A DNA stretch of 64,000 bases from Eukaryota sp. TZLM1-RC (lineage: Eukaryota > Protista > Metamonada: BaSk clade), in the NCBI GenBank assembly GCA_040285825.1, contig JAUPSS010000008.1, forward strand, positions 186,001 through 250,000. Direction: 5' to 3'. Positions 22,213 through 35,672 of the stretch are shown piece after piece. The notes below the pieces were generated by a model that saw nothing but the letters and a program-made list of their open reading frames with translations, searched no databases and had not been told where the DNA came from. The position numbers and the translations under genes were made by a program. Positions within the stretch are counted from its first letter, which is position 1; every line of letters starts with the position of its first letter.

Positions 22213-22607
22213 TACTGCAGGGTAATGGTTTAATCAAAAGAGGAGATGTTTATGTTTTGAGAGTGACAATGTGACAAGTGCAGGCTTCACGAAGTACTTA
22301 TAGTACTTTTGAAAAATATTTTCCTTGGCAATTGACGTTTGTATTGTTTCATACAATTGATTGAACTGTTTGCCATGTTTCAACAGAACACAAGTAATCC
22401 ATTAGAGAATGGAGAGCAATAGTGACAGTTCAATGGAGGCAACATTTTGTTCAGAAACTTGTATTGAAGACTGTATTGAAGTCTTTAAATAAATTTCACC
22501 TTAATGGACCTAGTTTGGTGAACGAAGAAACTGCAGTATATATCAGTGCTGCCTAATGCCTTGACTCAAATCAGTATCAAGTCAGCTGATGTGTTCTTAG
22601 CTGAATC

Positions 22608-25600
22608 GAGAAGGCAAATCACATAGATAAACAACTAATTTGTGGTATTGTACAAATAACTTCAATCCCATGCGGGCATGGTCAATTTCTGCGTATTTAT
22701 CTTACCATTTTCTTACTAGTGTTTTTTGTGCTGTTTGGTTTTTCCATTTCTAGATTTTCTTCTTCCTTTGCTTTTGAATAATTAGTTAAATGTCGTAATT
22801 TTTGATATAGTTGTAACTGTTTTTACTGCAATGATTTTGTAGCAATTCTATGTTTTCCTTGTAGCTCACTTTGGTGGGAAGAAATGCAGAGAGATCAATA
22901 AATTGTTGTTTTTGCTTGTATTAATTCTTTGACATCTGATATTTGCCATTTTGTTGAACCATTTGCATTCATTGGTTAAGAAATTAACTGCATTTCCATG
23001 CAGTGCAGTCATTTCTCACAAAGTGACTGGTTTTAAATGACTTGAGTCAATTGACAGCACTGATATTTGTATATATGTAGAGAAGAAATTATTGTCCGAA
23101 AATTTGCACTTGTCTAATAATCGTGAAAATTCTTCTTCTAGTCATAATTCAAATTGTAATGCAAATACATGCCCATTTTGTCAAAAAGCCATTAGTGAAG
23201 TCAATCAGGGTAGACCATTGCTATTTTGTCGATCATGTAAAGCACAAGATACCCTAAGACCACCAGTGAAAATTTCTGTTGAAGTCAGCCCTGCTTCTTC
23301 AATCCCATTGTCTATCGAACTTCGTTCATTTACAAGTAAGTTGAAGAAAAATGAATGGGATGTAAGCAGTAAAAAAAATGAAATCACTAAAAATGATTGC
23401 ATATATGGATGATGTTGTGCTTATTGGTGATTTAAATATTGTGAAAAAAGCAACTGTATGTTTTAAAGAATTATTTACCAAAATTGGTCTCCGACTTAAT
23501 TTACTTAAATGTGTTTTGTTATCGAATTCTCCAGTTTCCACAATAATTGATGGTATTGAAATTCAAGCCAAATTATATTCAATTGATGCTATTCGTCATT
23601 TGGGTTCGTTTTTAGGAAATAATGATGAAATTACCAAAAAATTGTTTGAAAAGTTGAACTCAATTTCTGACAAAATTGACCGAATGATGAATTTAGATAT
23701 AAAAAAACACATCAAATTTACCATTATAAGACTGTGTTTTAGTTCCAATTTTAATCATATATTTCGATCTACAAATCCTCTCGTCACTAGACCTTTGGCT
23801 CAAAAATTTAATGAGTTACGTGCAAAAGTTCTGTCTCAATTACTGGGATGTAAAATGTTTCAAATTCCAGATCATGCTTACCTTAGTCCACATTATGGTG
23901 GTTTAGGGTGGACGAAGGCTTCTATTCTTACCTCGTGTGCTTTTGTTGGTGGATGCAGAAATGCAATCTTTGAGTTTTCCGAAAGATTTGCAGATTGGGA
24001 AGATTTATTGATGACAACGCAAAGTTCCACTGTTTTTGCATTAAATGAAGAAATTTCAAGAATTGATGTAGAAAAATGGGGTCGATGTTTTCCCCAATCA
24101 TTCAATGGCAATATTCCAGAAAAAAATGTTTTAAATTTGAAGTACACTCTTCGAACATTACAGAAAAGATTGACAAAGATTGAGAAGGCAAATCACATAG
24201 ATAAACAACTAATTTGTGGTATTGTACAAATAACTTCAATCCCATGCGGGCATGGTCAATTTCTGCGTATTTATCTTACCATTTTCTTACTAGTGTTTTT
24301 TGTGCTGTTTGGTTTTTCCATTTCTAGATTTTCTTCTTCCTTTGCTTTTGAATAATTAGTTAAATGTCGTAATTTTTGATATAGTTGTAACTGTTTTTAC
24401 TGCAATGATTTTGTAGCAATTCTATGTTTTCCTTGTAGCTCACTTTGGTGGGAAGAAATGCAGAGAGATCAATAAATTGTTGTTTTTGCTTGTATTAATT
24501 CTTTGACATCTGATATTTGCCATTTTGTTGAACCATTTGCATTCATTGGTTAAGAAATTAACTGCATTTCCATGCAGTGCAGTCATTTCTCACAAAGTGA
24601 CTGGTTTTAAATGACTTGAGTCAATTGACAGCACTGATATTTGTATATATGTAGAGAAGAAATTATTGTCCGAAAATTTGCACTTGTCTAATAATCGTGA
24701 AAATTCTTCTTCTAGTCATAATTCAAATTGTAATGCAAATACATGCCCATTTTGTCAAAAAAGCCATTAGTGAAGTCAATCAGGGTAGACCATTGCTATT
24801 TTGTCGATCATGTAAAGCACAAGATACCCTAAGACCACCAGTGAAAATTTCTGTTGAAGTCAGCCCTGCTTCTTCAATCCCATTGTCTATCGAACTTCGT
24901 TCATTTACAAGTAAGTTGAAGAAAAATGAATGGGATGTAAGCAGAAAAAAACAAATGAAATCACTAAAAATGATTGCATATATGGATGATGTTGTGCTTA
25001 TTGGTGATTTAAATATTGTGAAAAAAGCAACTGTATGTTTTAAAGAATTATTTACCAAAATTGGTCTCCGACTTAATTTACTTAAATGTGTTTTGTTATC
25101 GAATTCTCCAGTTTCCACAATAATTGATGATATTGAAATTCAAGCCAAATTATATTCAATTGATGCTATTCGTCATTTGGGTTCGTTTTTAGGAAATAAT
25201 GATGAAATTACCAAAAATTGTTTGAAAAGTTGAACTCAATTTCTGACAAAATTGACCGAATGATGAATTTAGATATAAAAAAACACATCAAATTTACCAT
25301 TATAAGACTGTGTTTTAGTTCCAATTTTAATCATATATTTCGATCTACAAATCCTCTCGTCACTAGACCTTTGGCTCAAAAATTTAATGAGTTACGTGCA
25401 AAAGTTCTGTCTCAATTACTGGGATGTAAAATGTTTCAAATTCCAGATCATGCTTACCTTAGTCCACATTATGGTGGTTTAGGGTGGACGAAGGCTTCTA
25501 TTCTTACCTCGTGTGCTTTTGTTGGTGGATGCAGAAATGCAATCTTTGAGTTTTCCGAAAGATTTGCAGATTGGAAAGATTTATTGATGACAACGCAAAG

Positions 25601-28600
25601 TTCCACTGTTTTTGCATTAAATGAAGAAATTTCAAGAATTGATGTAGAAAAATGGGGTCGATGTTTTCCCCAATCATTCAATGGCAATATTCCAGAAAAA
25701 AATGTTTTAAATTTGAAGTACACTCTTCGAACATTACAGAAAAGATTGACAAAGATTGAGAAGGCAAATCACATAGATAAACAACTAATTTGTGGTATTG
25801 TACAAATAACTTCAATCCCATGCGGGCATGGTCAATTTCTGCGTATTTATCTTACCATTTTCTTACTAGTGTTTTTTGTGCTGTTTGGTTTTTCCATTTC
25901 TAGATTTTCTTCTTCCTTTGCTTTTGAATAATTAGTTAAATGTCGTAATTTTTGATATAGTTGAAACTGTTTTTACTGCAATGATTTTGTAGCAATTCTA
26001 TGTTTTCCTTGTAGCTCACTTTGGTGGGAAGAAATGCAGAGAGATCAATAAATTGTTGTTTTTGCTTGTATTAATTCTTTGACATCTGATATTTGCCATT
26101 TTGTTGAACCATTTGCATTCATTGGTTAAGAAATTAACTGCATTTCCATGCAGTGCAGTCATTTCTCACAAAGTGACTGGTTTTAAATGACTTGAGTCAA
26201 TTGACAGCACTGATATTTGTATATATGTAGAGAAGAAATTATTGTCCGAAAATTTGCACTTGTCTAATAATCGTGAAAATTCTTCTTCTAGTCATAATTC
26301 AAATTGTAATGCAAATACATGCCCATTTTGTCAAAAAGCCATTAGTGAAGTCAATCAGGGTAGACCATTGCTATTTTGTCGATCATGTAAAGCACAAGAT
26401 ACCCTAAGACCACCAGTGAAAATTTCTGTTGAAGTCAGCCCTGCTTCTTCAATCCCATTGTCTATCGAACTTCGTTCATTTACAAGTAAGTTGAAGAAAA
26501 ATGAATGGGATGTAAGCAGAAAAAACAAATGAAATCACTAAAAATGATTGCATATATGGATGATGTTGTGCTTATTGGTGATTTAAATATTGTGAAAAAA
26601 GCAACTGTATGTTTTAAAGAATTATTTACCAAAATTGGTCTCCGACTTAATTTACTTAAATGTGTTTTGTTATCGAATTCTCCAGTTTCCACAATAATTG
26701 ATGATATTGAAATTCAAGCCAAATTATATTCAATTGATGCTATTCGTCATTTGGGTTCGTTTTTAGGAAATAATGATGAAATTACCAAAAAATTGTTTGA
26801 AAAGTTGGACTCAATTTCTGACAAAATTGACCGAATGATGAATTTAGATATAAAAAAACACATCAAATTTACCATTATAAGACTGTGTTTTAGTTCCAAT
26901 TTTAATCATATATTTCGATCTACAAATCCTCTCGTCACTAGACCTTTGGCTCAAAAATTTAATGAGTTACGTGCAAAAGTTCTGTCTCAATTACTGGGAT
27001 GTAAAATGTTTCAAATTCCAGATCATGCTTACCTTAGTCCACATTATGGTGGTTTAGGGTGGACGAAGGCTTCTATTCTTACCTCGTGTGCTTTTGTTGG
27101 TGGATGCAGAAATGCAATCTTTGAGTTTTCCGAAAGATTTGCAGATTGGAAAGATTTATTGATGACAACGCAAAGTTCCACTGTTTTTGCATTAAATGAA
27201 GAAATTTCAAGAATTGATGTAGAAAAATGGGGTCGATGTTTTCCCCAATCATTCAATGGCAATATTCCAGAAAAAATGTTTTAAATTTGAAGTACACTCT
27301 TCGAACATTACAGAAAAGATTGACAAAGATTGAGAAGGCAAATCACATAGATAAACAACTAATTTGTGGTATTGTACAAATAACTTCAATCCCATGCGGG
27401 CATGGTCAATTTCTGCGTATTTATCTTACCATTTTCTTACTAGTGTTTTTTGTGCTGTTTGGTTTTTCCATTTCTAGATTTTTCTTCTTCCTTTGCTTTT
27501 TGAATAATTAGTTAAATGTCGTAATTTTTGATATAGTTGAAACTGTTTTTACTGCAATGATTTTGTAGCAATTCTATGTTTTCCTTGTAGCTCACTTTGG
27601 TGGGAAGAAATGCAGAGAGATCAATAAATTGTTGTTTTTGCTTGTATTAATTCTTTGACATCTGATATTTGCCATTTTGTTGAACCATTTGCATTCATTG
27701 GTTAAGAAATTAACTGCATTTCCATGCAGTGCAGTCATTTCTCACAAAGTGACTGGTTTTAAATGACTTGAGTCAATTGACAGCACTGATATTTGTATAT
27801 ATGTAGAGAAGAAATTATTGTCCGAAAATTTGCACTTGTCTAATAATCGTGAAAATTCTTCTTCTAGTCATAATTCAAATTGTAATGCAAATACATGCCC
27901 ATTTTGTCAAAAAAAGCCATTAGTGAAGTCAATCAGGGTAGACCATTGCTATTTTGTCGATCATGTAAAGCACAAGATACCCTAAGACCACCAGTGAAAA
28001 TTTCTGTTGAAGTCAGCCCTGCTTCTTCAATCCCATTGTCTATCGAACTTCGTTCATTTACAAGTAAGTTGAAGAAAAATGAATGGGATGTAAGCAGAAA
28101 AAACAAATGAAATCACTAAAAATGATTGCATATATGGATGATGTTGTGCTTATTGGTGATTTAAATATTGTGAAAAAAGCAACTGTATGTTTTAAAGAAT
28201 TATTTACCAAAATTGGTCTCCGACTTAATTTACTTAAATGTGTTTTGTTATCGAATTCTCCAGTTTCCACAATAATTGATGATATTGAAATTCAAGCCAA
28301 ATTATATTCAATTGATGCTATTCGTCATTTGGGTTCGTTTTTAGGAAATAATGATGAAATTACCAAAAAATTGTTTGAAAAGTTGAACTCAATTTCTGAC
28401 AAAATTGACCGAATGATGAATTTAGATATAAAAAAACACATCAAATTTACCATTATAAGACTGTGTTTTAGTTCCAATTTTAATCATATATTTCGATCTA
28501 CAAATCCTCTCGTCACTAGACCTTTGGCTCAAAAATTTAATGAGTTACGTGCAAAAGTTCTGTCTCAATTACTGGGATGTAAAATGTTTCAAATTCCAGA

Positions 28601-28903
28601 TCATGCTTACCTTAGTCCACATTATGGTGGTTTAGGGTGGACGAAGGCTTCTATTCTTACCTCGTGTGCTTTTGTTGGTGGATGCAGAAATGCAATCTTT
28701 GAGTTTTCCGAAAGATTTGCAGATTGGAAAGATTTATTGATGACAACGCAAAGTTCCACTGTTTTTGCATTAAATGAAGAAATTTCAAGAATTGATGTAG
28801 AAAAATGGGGTCGATGTTTTCCCCAATCATTCAATGGCAATATTCCAGAAAAAAATGTTTTAAATTTGAAGTACACTCTTCGAACATTACAGAAAAGATT
28901 GAC
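22608..28903 (+). repeat. Four-copy tandem array of a ~1575-bp chimeric unit
   Basis: Units start at 22608, 24182, 25758 and 27332 (GAGAAGGCAAATCAC) and are near-identical. Each unit is flank + 5' end of CRE family B + RT part of CRE family A. Confidence 0.95.
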
Positions 28904-29829
28904 TGGAATGTATGAAAAGATCTTTATAATAATATTTGCAGCTCGGCTGTTTTAAATCAAGATCTTCACTCATTGTTATTGGAAAAGGGTGTTTGTGAAA
29001 ACAAGGCGTCAGATTCTTCACTTTTGCAACCATTGTACCACGAAGATTTGGATTGTGTGCCACTAATGAAGCATTTGTAACAAAAATGAGATTATATTTG
29101 AACATCCCCATTAACCAATTATTATCAAAAGAAAAATGTATTTGTTCGAATTCACCTCAACTCACTTTGCGCCATGCTCTAAATTGCTCTAAATTGATAA
29201 CTTATCGTTCTTCATTACATGATGCTGTTAGAGACACTGTTTTCAATATGGCACAAACTGCAAGGATATCGTGTATCAAAGAGCCCCTGCTGAAGGAAAC
29301 ACTTTCTCTGAATAATTTTGGTTCTGATGATAGAGGTGATGTATACTGTGATTGGATTGATAATTCTGAAGCTATTGTTGACTTTGTCTCATGTAATGTT
29401 GCAAACGATACTTTGGTTCACAGAAGAAAACTTAATCCTGTGGCTGCTCTGGATTTTAAAGCAAAAGAAAAACACAGAAAATATGATAAAGAAATTGAAG
29501 ATGCAAATGTCGATAGAAATACACAGCTGGTTTTTATTGCTTTCCCATTTTCGATAAATGGAAGATTATCAGTTGAAGCAGAAACTTTTTTGGATGACTT
29601 CCAAAAAATGGTGAAAGAAAAAACAATGAAAAGATTTGATATTTTTTTATGGCGTTCACGGATTCAATTTGCCATTATTAATAGATTACCGCGGTTTTTC
29701 AATCGAATTAGAGAAGCTTTAGCTAGACAACAAGCAAATCAAGATTTTGTAGAGGAAATCTTGGTTTAATGATAGTCGTCCCATTAGTTATGATTTAATT
29801 TAATCAAGTGTGCAAATTCAATAAATCAT
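28098..29829 (+). mobile_element. 5'-truncated CRE-like family A insertion inside the family B element
   Basis: TSD ATGTAAGCAG(T) at 28088-28097 (23360-23370 in array unit 1) and 29830-29840. Removing the insertion rejoins family B as NEWDVS|SFWKFF. Confidence 0.9.
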
Positions 29830-30211
29830 ATGTAAGCAGTTTTTGGAAATTTTTTGCAAAAAAGAAATCGTTTGTGAACAAAAATGCTGTTTATAAACAA
29901 AATCCAATACCAAAAGTTAAACAATTAAGAAAATTGTGTCTTCGAGGTAGATATGGTGCTGGAGTGCAGTCGTTGTTTTCCTCTGATATTGCTAAACCAA
30001 CCTTTGAGACAGTTGAAAAATTGAAAAAGCTCCATCCTGAGAAAAATTTCATTTGTCCAAAACCCAATATTTGTCAATTTTGGTCTACTAATCCAATAAA
30101 TGCCTCAAAAGTTCTTGCTGCAATTAAAAAATTACCAAAAGGTAAAGCTGCTGGACCAACGGAATTTCGTTTGATATTTTAAAAACCGCTTGTAATAAAA
30201 CACCCGAAATT

Positions 30212-31429
30212 TTTTTTTGCTATATTTATTTTTATTCAACAACAAATATGAAATACACAATTAAAACTCCACATCCTCAAAACCTGCCTCCCCTACATCA
30301 AAAACAATTAATCGCTAAAGATTCAGAAAATTTCCCAAAAAGAAGATAGTGAATCAGAAATTAGTGTTACCATTCCCTTAAAAATAGAAAATACAATCCT
30401 GTTTTGCCAGTAAACACGATTGAAAATTCTTCCAGTTCTTTCCTTTACAACTACAACAAAATCCTCAAGGAAAGCCATAGCAGCCTTACCTAGAGATCCA
30501 AGCAAAGAAAAAACAAATGGACATAAATTATATTGGGCATGAGAATTTTCATTAACCGAGGAAATGGGTTTCGCATATTTAGCAATTTTATATTTTTCGC
30601 CTGCAAGAAGAGGATTATTTACATCCGAGTTAATGAAATGTTCGTTAGAGGAGTTACAAGGGTCAATAGACATGGCGTCCAAAATAGTAAAACTACCATT
30701 TAAACCAGGAACAACTAGATCACCTCTAGTCAGACCCATAGAAGCTCTGTTGTAACGCGTACTATCAATATTGGGATCATCAAGAATTAATTTTGATAGC
30801 AGCGGTTCTAAAAAGGAATCTACACGATATGATTTGCACATAACATAAATTTGGTCCCTGACATTATTATGCACTTTGCTTCTAAACGTAATGAAATGTT
30901 TACAGTTCAAAAGATGAGTAAACAAAAGAGGTTTACCACATTTACAAGTTAAATGATTGGGCAAATTGTTTGGCCACAGAAAACAACGAAAACGCATGTT
31001 TAGAAGCCATTCATTGTCTTTTAACAAAAGTCCATAAACAGAGGGAACTTGAGTTACTAAAGCAGCAGCTGAACTATCACGAATATCCTTTAAAAAATTA
31101 CCGAAAGCGGGATTTTTAGTTTTGGCCAAGCCAAGTCTTACTTCATAATCCAAGCCTTCATATAATTTAACCAGATGGTGCTGAAGCTTTTTCAAGCAAA
31201 AACGTAAATTTGGAAGTGATCGAGTGGGAATTTCTTGAACATTTTGAGGAAAACACTGAATCCAGATATCACTAGGCAAATTTTCTAATTCAAATTGCAG
31301 TTGATTCAAGTAAAAATTTGATTTACCATTGATCAGATGAACATCAAAAGGGAACCTTTGGAAAAATTCAAAAACAAAATTTTTACCACCTCCCAAAAAT
31401 GCTGCTTTACACAGAATCGAAGATTTGGT
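30212..31429 (-). mobile_element. 5'-truncated antisense CRE-like family B insertion inside the family B element
   Basis: 11-bp TSD CACCCGAAATT at 30201-30211 and 31430-31440; poly(A) appears as the T-run at 30210-30218; encodes the zinc-finger/endonuclease C-terminus. Confidence 0.92.
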
Positions 31430-33785
31430 CACCCGAAATTGCAGATGATTTAGCATTCTATTTTTAACAATTGGTCTCTTTAAAAGTCGTTCCTTCACAT
31501 GAGCTTACTGCTGCACGTCTTATTGCTTTAGTTAAACCTGGAAATGAATCTAAACCCTCTGGAATTCGTCCCATTGCTCTTGGTGAATCTCTCTCTCGTT
31601 TGTTTGCCTCAATTATTTTCAACAGAATTGTGAAAAAAGCTGGAAAATTTTTGTCACCTTTGCAATTTGGTATTCAAACGATTGATGGAGCTTCAGTTGC
31701 TGCTCTTACATCTGATTTGTTCTTTAACTCCACAGGAAACAATTATATTTTCAATTTAGATTTTAGCAATGCTTTTAATAGTGTCAAAAGAAAAGCAATT
31801 TACGAAGTAATTCAAAAACATTTTCCTGAACTATCAAGCTATTTCTATTTGTTTTATGGTAAACCAAGTGAATTAGTTTATGATGTTTTTTCTCTCAAGT
31901 CTTCATCAGGTGTAAAACAAGGAGATCCTTTGGGCCCATTATTATTTTGCATAGCAATCCACGAATCTTTGATTGCTATTAATGAAAAATACCTTTCTCT
32001 CAAAATTGTGGGTTATATGGATGACATCTCCCTTATCAGTCCATTTGATGTTGTTCAAAAAGCTTCAAATGAAATTGCTGAACAATATGAAATTATTGGC
32101 CTTCACTTGAATCCCAAAAAATGTTTATTAATTGGGAATAATTTCAAAGAGTTCAAAATTAATAATTGTAAAATTCCCTTTACAAATTATTCACAAGAAG
32201 CTTTTCGTTTTCTAGGATATTGGTTAGGAAATGTTGATGAAATAATTAGAAATCTTAACGAAATTGGTGCTAAACTTGGCACTGAACTTCAATTAATTTC
32301 TGAATTAGAAATAGACAAACATATCAAGTTTTTTATCTTAAAAACTTGTTACTCCGGAAAAATTACTCACTTATTGAGGTTGACAGCACCTTCATTGTCT
32401 ATTGATTTCTGCCGATCATTTAATCAACTCCGTGCAGCTTTCTTTGCTTCCTTATTAGAAGTGAATCCTGAGCTTATTCGAGCTCACTTGTTCTCTTCTT
32501 CACAATTTGGTGGTGTTGGCTTTACCAAATCCTCGATTCTTTGTCAAGCAGCTTTTCTTGGTGGTGGTAAAAATTTTATTTTTGAATTTCTTAATCGTTT
32601 CCCTGAAGATATTCATTTGCTTAATCCATCATTTTCAAAATATTTGTACGACCTTGATGTTGCTATTAATAAAATTGCACCAGAAATTTGGTGTCAATGC
32701 TTTCCCGACTCAGTTCAAGAGATTCCTCCACGAAATTTAGTTAATTTAAGGTATTGTGTGAAGAAGCTTCAACAAAAACTGACAGTAATACTTGAAGGCT
32801 TGGATTATGAAGTACGTCTTGGCATGGCCAAGAAAAAAAACCCCGCTTTTGCAAATTTTTACTGGATGTTTGTGATAGTTCTGCCTCTTGTTTGATTAAT
32901 CAAGTACCAAGAGTTTATGGTTTGTTTCTCAATGACCCTTGCTTTTTGTTATCTATGCGTCTTCGATCTTTTATTTGGCCTGATAATCTTCCTCATGGAT
33001 TAATTTGTAAATGTGGAAAGTCTGTCACTCCAACCCATTTATTTAATTGTAATCGATTTATTACTTTTAGATCAAAAGTGCATGATGCAGTTCGTGATCA
33101 GCTCTATTGTATGTTTAAGTCCTACCGGATTGAATCTTTTTTAGAACCTTTGCTTTCAAATCTGGCTGATGAATCTGACAAAAGTTCTTTTGGTGACAGC
33201 CGTGGTGATGTGCTAGTTCCCGGACTTGATGAATCATTGATCATTATTGATGTCAGATCTACTGATGTATCAAACAGCTCAAATGAAAAACTGGCACAAT
33301 CTTATAATTTACCTTTACGTAGAGCTGAAGAAGCGAAAATCATCAAGTACACGGAAAAAATCAATAATCTGAATTCCAACTCACATACTCAATACCTTCT
33401 TTGTCCTTTTGTTTTTTCTTTATTTGGAACCTTGGGAAAAACTGCTTTATCATTTCTAGATGATTTCTCTACTATTGTCAAAAATAGAACTGGAAGAATA
33501 TTTGACCGAATCTTTCCGCAAAATGGAATGGTATTTTCCATTTTTAAAGGGATGCATAGCCTTGTTTCTAGCTCGTTGTTATCACTAGGAAGATATTATG
33601 AAGAAAAGGTTGAAGGTAAATTTTCAATGGTAGATGTGGAGTTTGAGGAAATAGATTTTTAGTTTTTAACATTTTTGTTTAAATAAATAAAAATTCCTCA
33701 AAAAAAAGTAGAGAAGAAATCAAAATTGAAAGTTGATTAAAGACTCCTGTTGTTATCTGACAACACAGGGCTTTCCAAAGCAGCG

Positions 33786-35579
33786 ATGTCATCTAATACT
33801 CTTGTAGTTGATGTTGGATCTTCTAGACTTCGTGTAGGTTATGCAGGCCAATCATTTCCCCCTATTGATTGTGCTAGTTACATTTCCAAAGCTCGCGGCA
33901 AGGGCATACTTGTTGGGGACATGGCCCTTGAACAGCACAATGCAAGATCCCCATATGATGGCCTCTTGTGTACATCCTTTGATTTTCTCGAAACTTTGCT
34001 AGATAACACTATTTCGTCACTTGCTCCCACTTCACCTCTCAACATAGCCATAACGGAACCTGTTGCTAACCCATGGGTGTTACGTCAACCACTCTGTGAA
34101 CTACTTTTTGAAGGTTATCTTGCCCCCTCTGTTTCCCTTAATGTGGATGCACTTGCAGCCCACGCACACTCCACTCTCTTTTCTTCCAGCCCACACCCTT
34201 CGCACCAATCAGGAATGCTTGTTCATGTTGGCAATAGAGCTACTTACACAATCCCGATCACAGACCAAGGACCAGACATGTCGTTCTGCCGTAGAATTCC
34301 TGTAGGTGGTGAACAAATCACCAGCTATCTCGGACAATTAGTATCTACTCGTAATCCTAAATTTAGTAATTCTTTTAACCCAATCTTTTATGAACATTTA
34401 AAAAGGAGTTACTGTTTTGTACCTGCAAATTTTAATCAGACTCTCTCTTTATTTGCCAATCCTAACCCCTCTCTCACCAAGCTTGCTGTTCATCATTTGA
34501 TGGCGAGCCCTTCTTCTCACATTGTTGATGAAGAAGCTGCAAGAAAAGCTGAAGAAAGGAAGCAAAAAGCAGCCGAAAGACTGAGGGAAATGAATAGAAA
34601 TAGAGCAAAGGCCAAGACTCAGAAGTCAGAAGAAGTCAAGATAGAAGGGGAAAGTGAAAGAAAGTTAAGTGATGCCCAAATAGCAGCCATGCAGGCTGGA
34701 AGACAGCGAATAATGGAAAAAAAGCTAAAAGAGCAGCATGATTTGGAAGAAAAGGAAAGAATAGACCTTGAATTTAAAGAAAATAATCCAGCTGAATGGT
34801 TGGAAGTTAGAAAAAAAGACTACTATGCTCTTTGTGAAAGAATAACGGAAAGAAGATCTTCTGAAAAGGCTTCCAAAAGAAGAGCAGCTGGAAGTGACCG
34901 GTTAAGAATTGTTTCACGAGATTTACTTTCCGAGAATGATAAGAGTTTTGGAGTTAATGATGAAGATTGGGAAATTTATAGATCTGCTAATAAGGAAACC
35001 CAAGAACAAATCCTGGCCAAGGAAGTTAGTAAAGCCCTTGAAATAGAAGCTGATATACGATCTTTGGATAAGGACTTTGCTTCTCACAGATGTCTTAATG
35101 TCACTTCATTAGAAGGAGCTTTTGCACTTCAACCTTGTTCTGATCCTGCTGCATGTGGTGTAGAATGGTCACCTGAGTGGGATTCAATGCTTCATTTAGG
35201 TACTGAAAGAATCTTTCCTGGAGAATTACTATTTAAACCTTGGTTGAATAAAATTGATTCAATGGGGCTAGGGGAGCTCCTTTCCAGTTACAGAAGTATT
35301 TATGGAAAACTTCTATCAAAAGTTATTGTGACTGGAGCAGGGGGTTTAGTACCTGGCTTGGGGGACAGAATTGCTTCCGAAACAACGCAATGCTTGCCTT
35401 TTGGAAGTAATGTTGATGTTGTTGTGGATTCTAATGGAGCAAATAGTTGGTCAGGTCTATCAAGTCTTGCCAGCCAAGGTAGTCTAACTTGGTTTTCAGC
35501 ACAGGAATATTACGAAAGTGGGGTTTATGGAATAACTAGAAAACAATCCAGATTTAGTAATTATTACTATGATTTGTAG
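33786..35579 (+). CDS. ARP5: Actin-related protein 5 (INO80 complex)
   Basis: Actin fold (VVDVGS, TEP, ELLFEGY) with a central charged coiled-coil insertion and the Arp5-typical FGVNDEDWEIY; first ATG at 33786. Confidence 0.88.
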   Translation: MSSNTLVVDVGSSRLRVGYAGQSFPPIDCASYISKARGKGILVGDMALEQHNARSPYDGLLCTSFDFLETLLDNTISSLAPTSPLNIAITEPVANPWVLRQPLCELLFEGYLAPSVSLNVDALAAHAHSTLFSSSPHPSHQSGMLVHVGNRATYTIPITDQGPDMSFCRRIPVGGEQITSYLGQLVSTRNPKFSNSFNPIFYEHLKRSYCFVPANFNQTLSLFANPNPSLTKLAVHHLMASPSSHIVDEEAARKAEERKQKAAERLREMNRNRAKAKTQKSEEVKIEGESERKLSDAQIAAMQAGRQRIMEKKLKEQHDLEEKERIDLEFKENNPAEWLEVRKKDYYALCERITERRSSEKASKRRAAGSDRLRIVSRDLLSENDKSFGVNDEDWEIYRSANKETQEQILAKEVSKALEIEADIRSLDKDFASHRCLNVTSLEGAFALQPCSDPAACGVEWSPEWDSMLHLGTERIFPGELLFKPWLNKIDSMGLGELLSSYRSIYGKLLSKVIVTGAGGLVPGLGDRIASETTQCLPFGSNVDVVVDSNGANSWSGLSSLASQGSLTWFSAQEYYESGVYGITRKQSRFSNYYYDL

Positions 35580-35672
35580 TTTTAATTTTTGAAATTCTTA
35601 ATTTATTTTGGCAAATCAATTTTTCCAAAAGAAGATTTTTATTTACAAATTCACTAAAAAATAATTCATGAT

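Larger units (their letters stand above)
23090..33707 (+). mobile_element. CRE-like RLE non-LTR family B element (5'-truncated), interrupted by two insertions and the tandem array
   Basis: 13-bp TSD GTAGAGAAGAAAT at 23077-23089 and 33708-33720; poly(A) at ~33700-33707. Coding pieces: CPFC..CRSC finger, 29841-30211, and 31441-33662 with IRPIA, QGDPLGPLLF, YMDD, CKCG..H..C, HDAVRD and RGD..IDV. Confidence 0.92.

Noticed and set aside
22608-28903. Tandem arrays as CRISPR-like or guide arrays
   Set aside because: The units are kb-sized and near-identical with no variable spacers. No CRISPR array was seen in the window.
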